Shown: positions 46,495 through 56,618 of the stretch, piece by piece
How positions within the stretch are numbered: position 1 is the stretch's first letter
Layout of the letters: each line of letters starts with the position of its first letter
Origin: Candidatus Borrarchaeum weybense
Lineage (GTDB): Archaea; Asgardarchaeota; Sifarchaeia; Borrarchaeales; Borrarchaeaceae
NCBI GenBank assembly: GCA_019057385.1
Contig: JAHQJS010000004.1
Location: 128,001 to 192,000 of the forward strand
Direction of reading: 5' to 3'
Length of the DNA: 64,000 bases
Translations under genes and position numbers: made by a program
The notes under the pieces: generated by a model
Database searches by the model: none
What the model was told of the DNA's origin: nothing
Seen by the model: only the letters and a program-made list of their open reading frames with translations

Positions 46495-46878
46495 TTATAT
46501 CCTGCAACTACCATATCCGGCTCTCACGGGTCGGCTAACGTCAACAATATACAATTGTTTTAAGCCCCAATTACCACGTACATCGACTCGCACTTTGTTA
46601 GGAAGGTATGATTCCACTCTTGGTCCCATATAAAGATTCAGCCCGTTATTTTTTCCAATTACAGTAAATTGCTTGTGTTTTTTTAATTTCTCTTCGTCAA
46701 CCAGACTTGCCTCAGGCGAGATGAACGTTCCAGATCAGGAAGATGAGACATTGAGCCAAAGAACCAGTGCAACTTTTGTGTCATTAGATTGTTTTGTTTG
46801 TTTTGTTTGTTCTGAGAGCCATTGTGTTGCCTTATCAGTTAAAGAAACCTCTAATAGAGCCACCTCACTATGTTTCAT
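46495..46878 (-). CDS. Selenoprotein candidate (HesB-like / CC-Se-motif fold), in-frame UGA at codon 48
   Basis: MKHSEVALLEVSLTDKATQWL...LVLWLNVSSS-U-SGTFISPE...GLNLYM...VRVDVRGNWGLKQLYIV...GSCRI*; TGA at 46737-46735; SECIS follows. Confidence 0.78.
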
Positions 46879-47013
46879 GTTTGTAATTGTCCATAATTAT
46901 GACATTGTTATATCAATGGTCTCTTCTTAGTGATTAAAAGGTGACGAATCTGGCAACATCAAGATCCATTTTCTTCAAGTATCTCTAATTAACTAGTTAA
47001 TGCCTCTTTTCTG

Positions 47014-47592
47014 CTACAATGGATATGTTTCACTCCATTCGAAATCTGTGTCAAATTGCGCTTGCGTGAGTTCCCCATCAATTTCGAAGACAGTACAATA
47101 AAAACGATTTCCGCCCTGAGAAGGTTTTTCATCTTCCCATCTATCAATTTTAAAGGAACTCATAAACAACGTGTCGTTAAGTTTAATACGAAGTATTATT
47201 TTGTAATCTCCACCAACAGAGAATGTATATTTGATGTTTAAAAATTCACCTTGTGTGCTTGTAAGTCTTACTGTTACAGGACCGCTTTGAAGAAGAAGTT
47301 GAGTTCTAAATTCATCGTTTTGATCGTTGTCTATGCTTAAATCGTAATCTCCAGAATAATCAGCATCGAAGTATTCAATGATCTTCTGAAAATGTATGTA
47401 TTCAAAGTTAAGTTCAGTTTCAGGGTACTTTCGAAAGTAGAAATAGGGTTGATTTCTTGAATAATAGAATACAAAAGTATCCATTTGATAGCTATTAGAA
47501 TCGGCAATTAGTCTATCATTGATTGCAAATGCTGGTACGCTTAAAGACAAGAGAAAAATCAACAAAAATAGAGAAAGTGCATTTTTTTTCAT
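47014..47592 (-). CDS. Secreted hypothetical protein
   Basis: Signal peptide MKK...AFA. Confidence 0.7.
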   Translation of the reverse strand: MKKNALSLFLLIFLLSLSVPAFAINDRLIADSNSYQMDTFVFYYSRNQPYFYFRKYPETELNFEYIHFQKIIEYFDADYSGDYDLSIDNDQNDEFRTQLLLQSGPVTVRLTSTQGEFLNIKYTFSVGGDYKIILRIKLNDTLFMSSFKIDRWEDEKPSQGGNRFYCTVFEIDGELTQAQFDTDFEWSETYPL

Positions 47593-47875
47593 ATATATTG
47601 CCCCCTACAGCATGTGGAACTTCTCTTTCTTATTTTCATCTGTTTTTTCTTGAGAGGTTTATGCTAAATATCTCTGTGCATATATTTATAGCTAACTAGC
47701 GGATACCTTTCAATACGTAGGGGGAAATTTATCAAATTTATTTCATTTTGATAGAAAAACAGAGTTACATAGCTTTGTTTTGATTTTTTCAAATAATTTC
47801 TTACGCGAATGTCTAAAAGTGTCGCACATTATCTCAGTCTACACTCTGAGACTCACAGTAAGTCAATTTTAAATA

Positions 47876-48070
47876 CTATCTTTGAAAAACAGTTTCTCGG
47901 CGTACAGATCCATTGCAATCAATTTTTAGGGATAACATATGGTCACCGTGATCTAATGATTTTGTAAACAGTCCTCCATTTTCTAAAGCGTGGTTTATGT
48001 CCTCTTGTGAGAAGGGGATCATTTCTAATCGTTTACATTTTTCACAATAGCTCATCGCAAATTTGTCCAT
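47876..48070 (-). CDS. Small Zn-binding protein (CxxC...HGDH...D.NG.VR), a pattern seen in Asgard proteins
   Basis: CEKC and HGDH motifs. Confidence 0.65.
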   Translation of the reverse strand: MDKFAMSYCEKCKRLEMIPFSQEDINHALENGGLFTKSLDHGDHMLSLKIDCNGSVRRETVFQR

Positions 48071-48418
48071 CTTTAATCATCTTTATACCGTTGATCTAAT
48101 AGCAGTATCATTCCTGTGTCATTTTTTACAATAATTATTCATAAACCTAAGTAAAACGGCAAAAGCCGCATTCGAAACAATGTTGTTTCCTTGTAGTTAT
48201 TTCGTTAACAGATCTTCCAATCACGTATTTAGAAATCGTATTTAAAGTCAGCGAATTTTATCTGTTCATTTCATATTAGAAAAAACCACTTGTATCAGGT
48301 AATTATCCAACGAAAAGTTATCAGATGTCATGCTGATAATGAAAAAATTCATTTCTTTCAAGATACAATGTATTTAGGGAACTTGATGATTTTTACATAA
48401 TTTATTCTAAGCAGCTAT

Positions 48419-48913
48419 TTGGATTGGATGGATTCTATGAGCGGTTTTGTCGTTATAAATACTCTTCAATATGATAAAGAATTGGCCGAATTGCTTGAAG
48501 TCTTTATCAAATCCTTTAAAGACTATTTTCTAGAAAACGAATTACATCTTAAGGCACAGCAATTCGAACAGGCAATCCATCATGCAATTGAGTCATCAAA
48601 TGTATGCGAGATCTTTGTAGCCAAAAAAATGAATGATATTATCGGTTTTTCTTGTATTATTCAAACTAAACCTCAATTCTGGTATCTGGGGCCATTTGCC
48701 GTCCTTCCTGAATATAGACGACAAGGTATTGGGAAAATTCTGATAAATAAAGCAATAGACTTTGCACAACACAATAATGGTGGTACTATTTCAATTGTTA
48801 CCCGCTGGTATAATGAGGCAGCAATTCAATTTTACAAAAACCTAAACTTTTATATCGATTCGGAATACGTCCACAAGGGGCATAAAATCGTAAAAATGAT
48901 ACTAGAACTCTGA
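48419..48913 (+). CDS. GNAT acetyltransferase
   Basis: VLPEYRRQGIGK and NEAAIQFYKNLNF. Confidence 0.9.
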   Translation: MDWMDSMSGFVVINTLQYDKELAELLEVFIKSFKDYFLENELHLKAQQFEQAIHHAIESSNVCEIFVAKKMNDIIGFSCIIQTKPQFWYLGPFAVLPEYRRQGIGKILINKAIDFAQHNNGGTISIVTRWYNEAAIQFYKNLNFYIDSEYVHKGHKIVKMILEL

Positions 48914-48919
48914 AGAACG

Positions 48920-49714
48920 TTAAATAAGCCCAGAAAACGAGATCTGTGGCAAATCTTCACAGAATTTTCTTGCTTCTCGAATTATTGCGTTTAAGTACAG
49001 CCATTTAAAGGCGTAGACTACTCCCGGCATCCACTGCGCTTTTGTGGAATCAAATCTCATTTGAAAATCTTTTGAAGTCACAGAGTAAGTGACCGGAAAC
49101 TCAGGTATGGGCTTAAACGTAATGCTCCATCCCTCTGATAGCTCGGTAAATTCACCACCTAGGTTACTGGCGACTTTTTCTGCGACATCTGGCGTGATTT
49201 GTTGCACAACATGAATTTTCTTTTGATCTACAGGTTGATTTTCAAGAATCTGAGCTCCTAAATGTTTCTGCTTTTTTGTCCATAGGAACTCTGCTTCTTG
49301 AGCCAACAGGCAAATAAAAACAGTAGACAGTACAATTATTTCCTCAGCTGGGTAAATTTCCGCTGATCTGCGATTAAAATATACAAAAAAATCCCTCCCA
49401 AATTCCTCATCTTCAACGAATAGACACAAAATCTGTAAGTTTGGAAGAGGTTTAAAAGAAACTGTCCATTTTACGCTCTCATATGGTCTAAAATTCTCAG
49501 TCATACCTCCAAGTTTAGCCGCAAGGATTTTTATTTCGTCGGTATTGATTCTTTTAATAATATGCATGCGTTTCTTACCGTAACTGAGCACCCTGTTTTG
49601 CCAACCGCTCCCCGCACCAAATTCTTTCGCACCTAGATCAATGTATTCTGAACCGCTCAAATGTACTACCTCATAACTTACAGGATGATGTTTCTGGTAA
49701 CGTACTATCTCCAC
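48920..49714 (-). CDS. DUF3786-like protein, paralog 2 (true start probably a later GTG)
   Basis: FKPLPNL...DEEFG motif; similar along its length to 49671-50399. Confidence 0.6.
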   Translation of the reverse strand: MEIVRYQKHHPVSYEVVHLSGSEYIDLGAKEFGAGSGWQNRVLSYGKKRMHIIKRINTDEIKILAAKLGGMTENFRPYESVKWTVSFKPLPNLQILCLFVEDEEFGRDFFVYFNRRSAEIYPAEEIIVLSTVFICLLAQEAEFLWTKKQKHLGAQILENQPVDQKKIHVVQQITPDVAEKVASNLGGEFTELSEGWSITFKPIPEFPVTYSVTSKDFQMRFDSTKAQWMPGVVYAFKWLYLNAIIREARKFCEDLPQISFSGLI

Positions 49715-50399
49715 TAATTATTCTTGCCTCTCTGACCACTGCGTTTAAATATAGCCATTTAAAGGCATACACTACTTCAGGTATCCATTGCGCCACATCC
49801 ACATCGAACAAAATACGAGTTTTATTTCCCACTTCATAAGTAATGGGAAGTGTCGCAATTGGTGTAAATATTAAATTCCATCCGCCTGATATTTCGTTAA
49901 ATTCTCCACCTAACTTGTTGGCGACCTGTTTTGCGACCGCTGGTGTGATATTTTTTAATACAGCAAGCATTTGATTTATATCACGCTTTTCCATAATTTG
50001 TGTTCCTAATCGCCTACGTTTGTTTGTCCATAGGAATTCAGCTTCATGAGGGAATAAAGTGATATACGCCAAACTGAAGACAAGAACATCTTCCACAGGG
50101 AATTTTACAGCATTTCTATTATAGTAAACGTAGAACTCGCTCCCAAATTCTTCATCTGAAACTAAGAGAAACAGGATCTTAAGTTCCGGGAGAGGCTGAA
50201 AGGATATTGTCCATTCTGTGTCGTATAGTTTAAAATCTTCAAAAGATGCTCCAAGTTTAGTTGCAATCTTCTTGGCATCTTTAGATGTTATCTTTTCAAG
50301 AATTTCCATCTGGTTCTTCGCTACGCCTAATAGTTTTGGATGCCAACCACAGCCAGACCCAAACTCCGTAAGAGTGATATATTCACCTGATTTACTCAC
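49671..50399 (-). CDS. DUF3786-like protein, paralog 1
   Basis: FQPLPEL...DEEFG motif; internal two-fold repeat. Confidence 0.6.
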   Translation of the reverse strand: MSKSGEYITLTEFGSGCGWHPKLLGVAKNQMEILEKITSKDAKKIATKLGASFEDFKLYDTEWTISFQPLPELKILFLLVSDEEFGSEFYVYYNRNAVKFPVEDVLVFSLAYITLFPHEAEFLWTNKRRRLGTQIMEKRDINQMLAVLKNITPAVAKQVANKLGGEFNEISGGWNLIFTPIATLPITYEVGNKTRILFDVDVAQWIPEVVYAFKWLYLNAVVREARIISGDSTLPETSSCKL

Positions 50400-50493
50400 T
50401 TCTGCGTCACCATGTATCTAATTTTTTGATATGATTTATTAAGGTGTTTGTTCGTGTATTTCTTAGTTAAACATATGAACGGAGGATACTTGG

Positions 50494-50865
50494 ATGAAGA
50501 AAATGCTACGATCGCGTGCAGGAGCATCAGCAATTCCTATTATCATCTTGATACTCGTTATTGCTGGTGTAGGTGCCGCGATATGGGGCGGAGGTCTCTT
50601 CTACACGACTGAAATCAGTAGAATTCAAGCAGATCCGACTGGCTGGGACGGAAAATCAGTTTACGTTAAGGGGAAAGTCACTGGTACTATCGACTTTTTT
50701 GGCTTCCATGGCTTCGCAATTGACGATGGCACAGATGCAATTTACGTTGACTGGTCAGGTGTCCTTCCATTAGTTGGAGACACGGTAATCGTACATGGAA
50801 CTGTTCACAAACTTGTTACTATAGCTTATATTGAAGCAACATCCGTCAGAAACGCTTGGTTCTAA
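50494..50865 (+). CDS. Membrane-anchored OB-fold protein
   Basis: N-terminal TM helix; V.VKGKV...FAIDDGTDAIYV...GDTVIVHG. Confidence 0.75.
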   Translation: MKKMLRSRAGASAIPIIILILVIAGVGAAIWGGGLFYTTEISRIQADPTGWDGKSVYVKGKVTGTIDFFGFHGFAIDDGTDAIYVDWSGVLPLVGDTVIVHGTVHKLVTIAYIEATSVRNAWF

Positions 50866-50997
50866 GTTCTTTCACATCCTCTTTTTTTTTAATAGTGCAA
50901 ATTATAACCAAACTGATTTTGTAGCTAAAACAAACTCTCTTTTAAAAATTCAGGAGGTACAGGGAGGTTTAATTAATCTAAAGAAAATGAAGAGCGA

Positions 50998-52830
50998 TTA
51001 CCCTGCTCCACCACCACCGCCGCCACCACCGCCGCCACCTCCGGCTCCACCACCTCCAGCTCCTCCACTACTGCTGGGCATAAGAGTAGATGAAATATCA
51101 CTTACAAAGGAATCAAATGTGGCGGCAAAGGAGTCAAGCATTGCACCCACTTGTGGAACAGTAAAGTTTGAAAAGTCCGAATCGGCTCCATAAGTGTGTC
51201 CGTACGCAGGATGATGATAGTAGTACCAATATGGCCAGTACATTCTTCTAGTTCCTGTTTCCGGATAACGACGTCTTTTTACACACGATTTTATCCATTT
51301 TGAAACATTTAAGCCAGAAATGAAAAGCCACGGCAGATATTCGTCTAAGTATTTCATAGCTTCATAAGGTTCACGCATCTTTTTAATTCGGTTTGCTTCC
51401 CGTTTCACATTTCTTAAAAAGAATTTGAATTCTTTATTCATCATTGCCCCGTGTTCCGTCCGATTCGCCATGAAATTTCCTATTACGATACCAATAAGAC
51501 CACTCGCAAGCACTAGAGTTCCTAACAGAGCGAGTCCTACAGTTCTAAAAAAGAATAGTGAGAATACAATAAAAAATCCTGCTGCCATAACAAAAAACGC
51601 GAATTTTTGATATGTTGCTTTAGTCGCGCTATAAGTCGTGGGAAGTAATTGCTGAAGATGCAATTCCTGTTCTATCTCCTCAAGTGCTTCTGCAAATCTA
51701 TCCGGATTCATAACTTCAATACGGGTTTTTTTGTCATACTCGTAGATGCTAACCGTTCGCAACACATGCCAATCAATCTTTGTTAGATCATCAGGTAAAG
51801 TCTTTCTTCTAATGGCATTATATCCGTCGTCTGTTAGGCGTAGAAACGAATCTGATCCATATTGCCAAAGTTCAAGATAGCCTTTTTTGGCTAAATAGAA
51901 AATTGTAACAAGGACGCCATTCATAGTAGCTCCTTCACTGCGAAGACTTTCCACAATAGCAGGATGAAGTTCTCTGGGAGGATTAAGACCAATGGCTTGT
52001 TTATTGACAAAAACAGGGGGATCTCGTCCCCTGAAGAGATAAATTGCTGCATATATACCACTAAAAATGACAAAAAAGATGACTCCAATGAGCCAACCAG
52101 TTCTGTTGAGATACTGTCTCCAGGAAAAAGGTTGCTCTACGGTAGAAGGGAACTGAACTATGATCTCGTAGGATGTGTTAGGTGGCAAATAAGAGTCGTA
52201 ATACACATCTACAACAGATTTCCCATTATTCTCTGAAATAATAACTGTAGATTCTGAACGGATCTTGTCAGGTATCAGTATATCTTCCGTAGTGTATGTT
52301 TTTGGAAGAATCACCTGAATATGCACATTGTAAATCGGTACATCCCAATCACTTCCAATTGCTTGCCAATCCACTATATCGTAATTATCCTCGTAACTTA
52401 TTGCATTCGTTACAGTGTATGTGAGAATAAACGTACGCTCCACAGGTTGCGAGCCGACATAGACCCGCTCATAATACCATGTGATTTCAATCTCATCAAA
52501 ACCCTTAGCAACGGAAAATGTCCCTGCTTCTTCATCAGAAGCTTCTATATAGGCTTCACTACTGTCGCCATAGACTTGTATGTTTTTAATCTCATCAAAT
52601 CCACGGTACGGGATCGTACGATACGCAAAACCGAAATCGCCACTTAGAAAACGGAATGTTATTTGTTCTGAGATGTCTAACGATGCATCTTGGTTTACTG
52701 TAATTGTTGTTTCATAGCCCGATAAATCGTATGTACCCGCGGCATAAGCATTGTTACTAATTGTTGCTGTAAGCAAGGGCACGAAAATAACAAAAAGAAA
52801 TATAAACTTCAAAAGACTTTTTTTCTTCAT
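50998..52830 (-). CDS. DUF2207 membrane protein
   Basis: DASLDISEQITF, WQAIGSDWDVPI, PP.ELHPA and a Gly-rich C-terminus. Confidence 0.88.
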   Translation of the reverse strand: MKKKSLLKFIFLFVIFVPLLTATISNNAYAAGTYDLSGYETTITVNQDASLDISEQITFRFLSGDFGFAYRTIPYRGFDEIKNIQVYGDSSEAYIEASDEEAGTFSVAKGFDEIEITWYYERVYVGSQPVERTFILTYTVTNAISYEDNYDIVDWQAIGSDWDVPIYNVHIQVILPKTYTTEDILIPDKIRSESTVIISENNGKSVVDVYYDSYLPPNTSYEIIVQFPSTVEQPFSWRQYLNRTGWLIGVIFFVIFSGIYAAIYLFRGRDPPVFVNKQAIGLNPPRELHPAIVESLRSEGATMNGVLVTIFYLAKKGYLELWQYGSDSFLRLTDDGYNAIRRKTLPDDLTKIDWHVLRTVSIYEYDKKTRIEVMNPDRFAEALEEIEQELHLQQLLPTTYSATKATYQKFAFFVMAAGFFIVFSLFFFRTVGLALLGTLVLASGLIGIVIGNFMANRTEHGAMMNKEFKFFLRNVKREANRIKKMREPYEAMKYLDEYLPWLFISGLNVSKWIKSCVKRRRYPETGTRRMYWPYWYYYHHPAYGHTYGADSDFSNFTVPQVGAMLDSFAATFDSFVSDISSTLMPSSSGGAGGGGAGGGGGGGGGGGGAG

Positions 52831-53089
52831 TTTTCTGTCCTCAATTTCAATTTCTGGAGATTTACAGGCAAAACTCGGACGTTCATTGCCGCAGTTTGCA
52901 GAAAAACAATTATAACACGCAAAAATATTATTTAAATCTTTGCTCGCTTTATTTCGCTTATTAAATGTCTAGATACCATCTTTATATTCCATAAACTACA
53001 ATGAAACAATCAGTATCATAATTAGCATAATTCAAAACTAGTATAGTTCATTCTAAAAATGATGTAAAAACAAGGAGGCATTAAGTAAA

Positions 53090-53878
53090 ATGGATGAAGC
53101 AACAATCGAAATGCTTGCTAATGAAGTTCTCAACGCAGAAGATACGCGTGAACCCTTAAAACTGTTTACTGAAAGGTTTGATATTACCATTCAAGACTCG
53201 TATCAGATCCACCTACGAGTTGTTGAAAAGAAAAAAGCGCGTGGAGAGCGAATAATCGGTAAGAAGATCGGACTTACCTCAAAGGCTATGCAAGAATTAC
53301 TCGGAATCGACGAACCCGACTATGGATTCATTATGTCCACCAATATAGCTGGTGAAGGGACTATTTCCATGAAAGAGTTGATCGAACCAAAGGCAGAACC
53401 TGAAGTCGCATTTGTTTTAATGGATGATTTACAAGGTCCTGGTGTAACTGCTGCACACGTACTGGCTGCCACAGCGGGTGTATTGCCTAGTATCGAAATA
53501 ATTGATAGCCGATTTGCGGGCTGGGGAATCAAAATACAGGACTCTATCGCAGATGGCGCAAGTATAGGACGTGTGATTTTTGGTGCTGGTGGTCTTACCG
53601 ATGTATCGACACCAGGTCTCGACTTGAGATATCTCGGTCTTGTTCTTGAAAAGAACGGTGAAGTAGTGGAAACTGCTGCTGGTGCTGCTGTCTTAGGGAA
53701 TCCCGCTGAATCTGTAGCATGGTTAGCCAACAAACTCTCAGAATATGATATCATTCTTAAAGCTGGTGAAGTAGTGATATCAGGATCTTTAACGAAAGCT
53801 CTTCCTGTTCAAGCGGGAGATCATGTTAGAGCAACGTTTGGTCAACTTGGATCTGTAAGCATAAAATTTGTAGAGTAA
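53090..53878 (+). CDS. 2-keto-4-pentenoate hydratase-like FAH family protein
   Basis: GKKIGLTSKAMQ, EPEVAF, EIIDSR and GNPAESVAWLAN. Confidence 0.9.
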   Translation: MDEATIEMLANEVLNAEDTREPLKLFTERFDITIQDSYQIHLRVVEKKKARGERIIGKKIGLTSKAMQELLGIDEPDYGFIMSTNIAGEGTISMKELIEPKAEPEVAFVLMDDLQGPGVTAAHVLAATAGVLPSIEIIDSRFAGWGIKIQDSIADGASIGRVIFGAGGLTDVSTPGLDLRYLGLVLEKNGEVVETAAGAAVLGNPAESVAWLANKLSEYDIILKAGEVVISGSLTKALPVQAGDHVRATFGQLGSVSIKFVE

Positions 53879-53897
53879 TAACTCAGTTTGAATAATA

Positions 53898-54701
53898 ATG
53901 AACAATGATTCCTTAGAAGATGCATCAGAACTATCGTATATTGATGCACACTGTCATATCGGCCATGATATCGATGGTACTCGACAAACAGCCGAAATAT
54001 TACTTGTAAAAATGGATCAGTGTGGTATTGACCACGCTATTATTTTTCCTTTTAATGAGTACCTCCAACGCGACTGTTTCAAAAGAGCAAATACGTTAAT
54101 TGCTAATTTAATGAACGACCACCCTGAGCAGTTCACAGGGTTTTGTAGACTTGATCCACACAGCCCATTAGCAATCGCTGAGTTGAAGCGTTGTGTGAAT
54201 GAACTAGGATTAAGAGGCATAAAACTACACCCACGCGCTCAAAATCTTGACATCGATGCGCTATACATGATGCCTATATTTGAACTAGCAGAAAACTATG
54301 ATATGCCGATTCTTATCCATACTTCAGGGATTGTGAAGGGCATAGATCCAATAAAATCTGCTAATATTGTACATAAATTTCCGAATGTGAATTTCATTAT
54401 GGGTCATAGCTACAAGGCGCATTACGGTATCACTAGCAATGATTCAAATTCTTCTTCTGCTTTTAGAGAAATACTTGAACTTGCATATCAGCAAAAAAAT
54501 GTATATTTTGAGACCTCTTTCTTGCCAACGGCTTATCTCGAAGAATTAATCGAAAAAATTGGCGCTGGTCAAGTGGTTTTTGGTTCAGACTCCCCCTATG
54601 GAGACCCATGTTGGGAGAAATTAACTATAGAAGCACTTGACATTCCCAAAAGTGAAAAAATAAAGATTTCTAAGACAAATATCTCACTATTAATCGAATA
54701 A
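53898..54701 (+). CDS. Amidohydrolase_2 family protein
   Basis: DAHCH, GIKLHP and FGSDSP. Confidence 0.9.
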   Translation: MNNDSLEDASELSYIDAHCHIGHDIDGTRQTAEILLVKMDQCGIDHAIIFPFNEYLQRDCFKRANTLIANLMNDHPEQFTGFCRLDPHSPLAIAELKRCVNELGLRGIKLHPRAQNLDIDALYMMPIFELAENYDMPILIHTSGIVKGIDPIKSANIVHKFPNVNFIMGHSYKAHYGITSNDSNSSSAFREILELAYQQKNVYFETSFLPTAYLEELIEKIGAGQVVFGSDSPYGDPCWEKLTIEALDIPKSEKIKISKTNISLLIE

Positions 54702-54733
54702 GCCATTTAAAAAAAGAAAGAAGAAAATTATTA

Positions 54734-55960
54734 TTATGGAAGAACGCCCTTTGCCATTTCTTCGAATTCTTCGTTGGTAAGGATTCTTTTGTTCTCAATT
54801 GCAAAATCCTTAACTTTAGCTAAGATTTCTAGCGCTTGTTCTTCTGTAGGTTCTGGTAAACCCAACTCTTCAGCTTTTATGAGAATCGATGGTAAGCCTG
54901 ACTTCTTTCCAAGCACGATGCGGACATCTTCCTGCCCGATCGCTTTTGGTAGAATTGGATACATCACAAGAGGCATGCCTTTTTCCTTCAAGCGCTTCCA
55001 CCAACCAGCAACTATTCCTGATTCCGTAACAAAGAAGTTGTCTCCAACAATTGGTTTTGCTGGTGGCATTTTTACGTTGGTGCGTTCTTGGACAAACTTT
55101 GACATTTCGTAGAGTTTTTCGAATTTGATTTTTGGCATATCCACGCCATAGAGCATCCTTAAGGCTGCTAAAATCTCTTCAAGAGCGCAATTTCCGAGTC
55201 GTTCGCCGATTGCATTCACCGTTGTGTGCACAACTTCAGCGCCAGCCTGTAGACCTGCAATAGAGTTTGCTACCGCAAGGCCGAAATCGTTATGCATGTG
55301 CATTTCGACAGGCTTCTTTATTCGTTCGCTTATCTTTTTTGTGAGATATCGTGTAGCTTCAGGAGTACACACACCAAACGTATCTACAAGTGCCACGGAA
55401 TCGGCATGTCCCTCGGCACTAACCTTCTCTAGAAGATTCAAATACCAATCTACATCAGCACGAGTTGAATCGATGCAGAAAAAGCATGTATAAAGACCAT
55501 GCTCACCAGAATACGCTGTTGCTTCAATTGATTTTCTCAGTGCTGTTTCTAAATCCCAGGCGTATGCATGTTCTATGATATGATCGGAACTTGGAATTTC
55601 CATGATGACGCCATCGACGTCGCACTCAAGCGCCAGATCAACATCACCTTTCATGCAACGCGTGAAGGCGAATGTCTTAGCATCTACCTCTTTTGCGATA
55701 GCCTTAATTGCCGCCTTATCATCTGCCGATACTGCCGGCATACCTGCCTCAATTCTATCGACACCTAATTCCGCTAATTTGTGGGCTATTGCAAGTTTGT
55801 CATCTTTTCTGAGAACAATGCCTGCCTGTTGTTCTCCATCTCTTAGTGTAATATCCTCAAATTCAATATTCTTAGGGAATTCTACTTTTGTCTCTTCAAT
55901 GAAATTATAGGGGGAAACCCACCATTTATCAGTTTTCCAAGGTTCTGCCATATTTCTCAC
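54734..55960 (-). CDS. LeuA/homocitrate-synthase (DRE-TIM) family protein
   Basis: TLRDGEQ, HMHNDFG, GERLGN and LGKKSG. Confidence 0.88.
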   Translation of the reverse strand: MRNMAEPWKTDKWWVSPYNFIEETKVEFPKNIEFEDITLRDGEQQAGIVLRKDDKLAIAHKLAELGVDRIEAGMPAVSADDKAAIKAIAKEVDAKTFAFTRCMKGDVDLALECDVDGVIMEIPSSDHIIEHAYAWDLETALRKSIEATAYSGEHGLYTCFFCIDSTRADVDWYLNLLEKVSAEGHADSVALVDTFGVCTPEATRYLTKKISERIKKPVEMHMHNDFGLAVANSIAGLQAGAEVVHTTVNAIGERLGNCALEEILAALRMLYGVDMPKIKFEKLYEMSKFVQERTNVKMPPAKPIVGDNFFVTESGIVAGWWKRLKEKGMPLVMYPILPKAIGQEDVRIVLGKKSGLPSILIKAEELGLPEPTEEQALEILAKVKDFAIENKRILTNEEFEEMAKGVLP

Positions 55961-56002
55961 CTAATCTAGGTTTAATGAGGTTTGTAAAGATGTATTTTAA
56001 CT

Positions 56003-56479
56003 TCAAATAGCTTTGGTTTGCATACTAAGATTCTGTACTTCAATCGGAATGCATTTGTCAATTGATTTTGTGATATGACAATATTCAACACTCAACTCGA
56101 AGCATTTTTCACCGAGTCGTTCCTCGCCTTCTTCAACCAGCATTTCAGCATTTACTACAATTTTTGTTAGCCGATATGCTCTCACTGTTTGTACAAAATC
56201 CACATTTCCAGCAGCCTTTAATTTGAATTCAATGGGCTGAAATTTCATCTTTCTGCAAAAGTAACAGAAAGTCGTGGTAATGCACCCAGCAACGGAAGAC
56301 ATGAAAAGTTCATCAGGACATAAAGCTCTAGAGTTGCCGCCCCAATCCGTTGGAGTATCAAATTGTACCTCATAACCGCTATGTGTGGCAGTGAGTTTTC
56401 CGCCGGTTTGGTGGTCCCATGCGGAAACAACTTCAAAGACTAAATGTTCAGGATCGGTAGTTTTTGCCATTTCATCCAC
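56003..56479 (-). CDS. OsmC family protein
   Basis: PDELFMSSVAGC and YCHITKS. Confidence 0.88.
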   Translation of the reverse strand: MDEMAKTTDPEHLVFEVVSAWDHQTGGKLTATHSGYEVQFDTPTDWGGNSRALCPDELFMSSVAGCITTTFCYFCRKMKFQPIEFKLKAAGNVDFVQTVRAYRLTKIVVNAEMLVEEGEERLGEKCFELSVEYCHITKSIDKCIPIEVQNLSMQTKAI

Positions 56480-56618
56480 CTCAAGTTATTGTTTTTTTTA
56501 AACAGTTCAATTACAGCTAACATTTGTTGCACATAAACCTTATAAGGATGATTCATCTGCCTTTTGAAGCACACGAGAATAGAATCTGTCTATCTCTCTT
56601 CCAGAGGAGTCGATCAAA

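Noticed and set aside
46291-46930. Plus-strand ORFs 46291-46563 and 46673-46930
   Set aside because: Antisense to the selenoprotein/SECIS locus; no recognisable motifs
50831-51193. Poly-proline ORF suggesting an actin-regulator-like protein
   Set aside because: Antisense shadow of the Gly-rich DUF2207 tail
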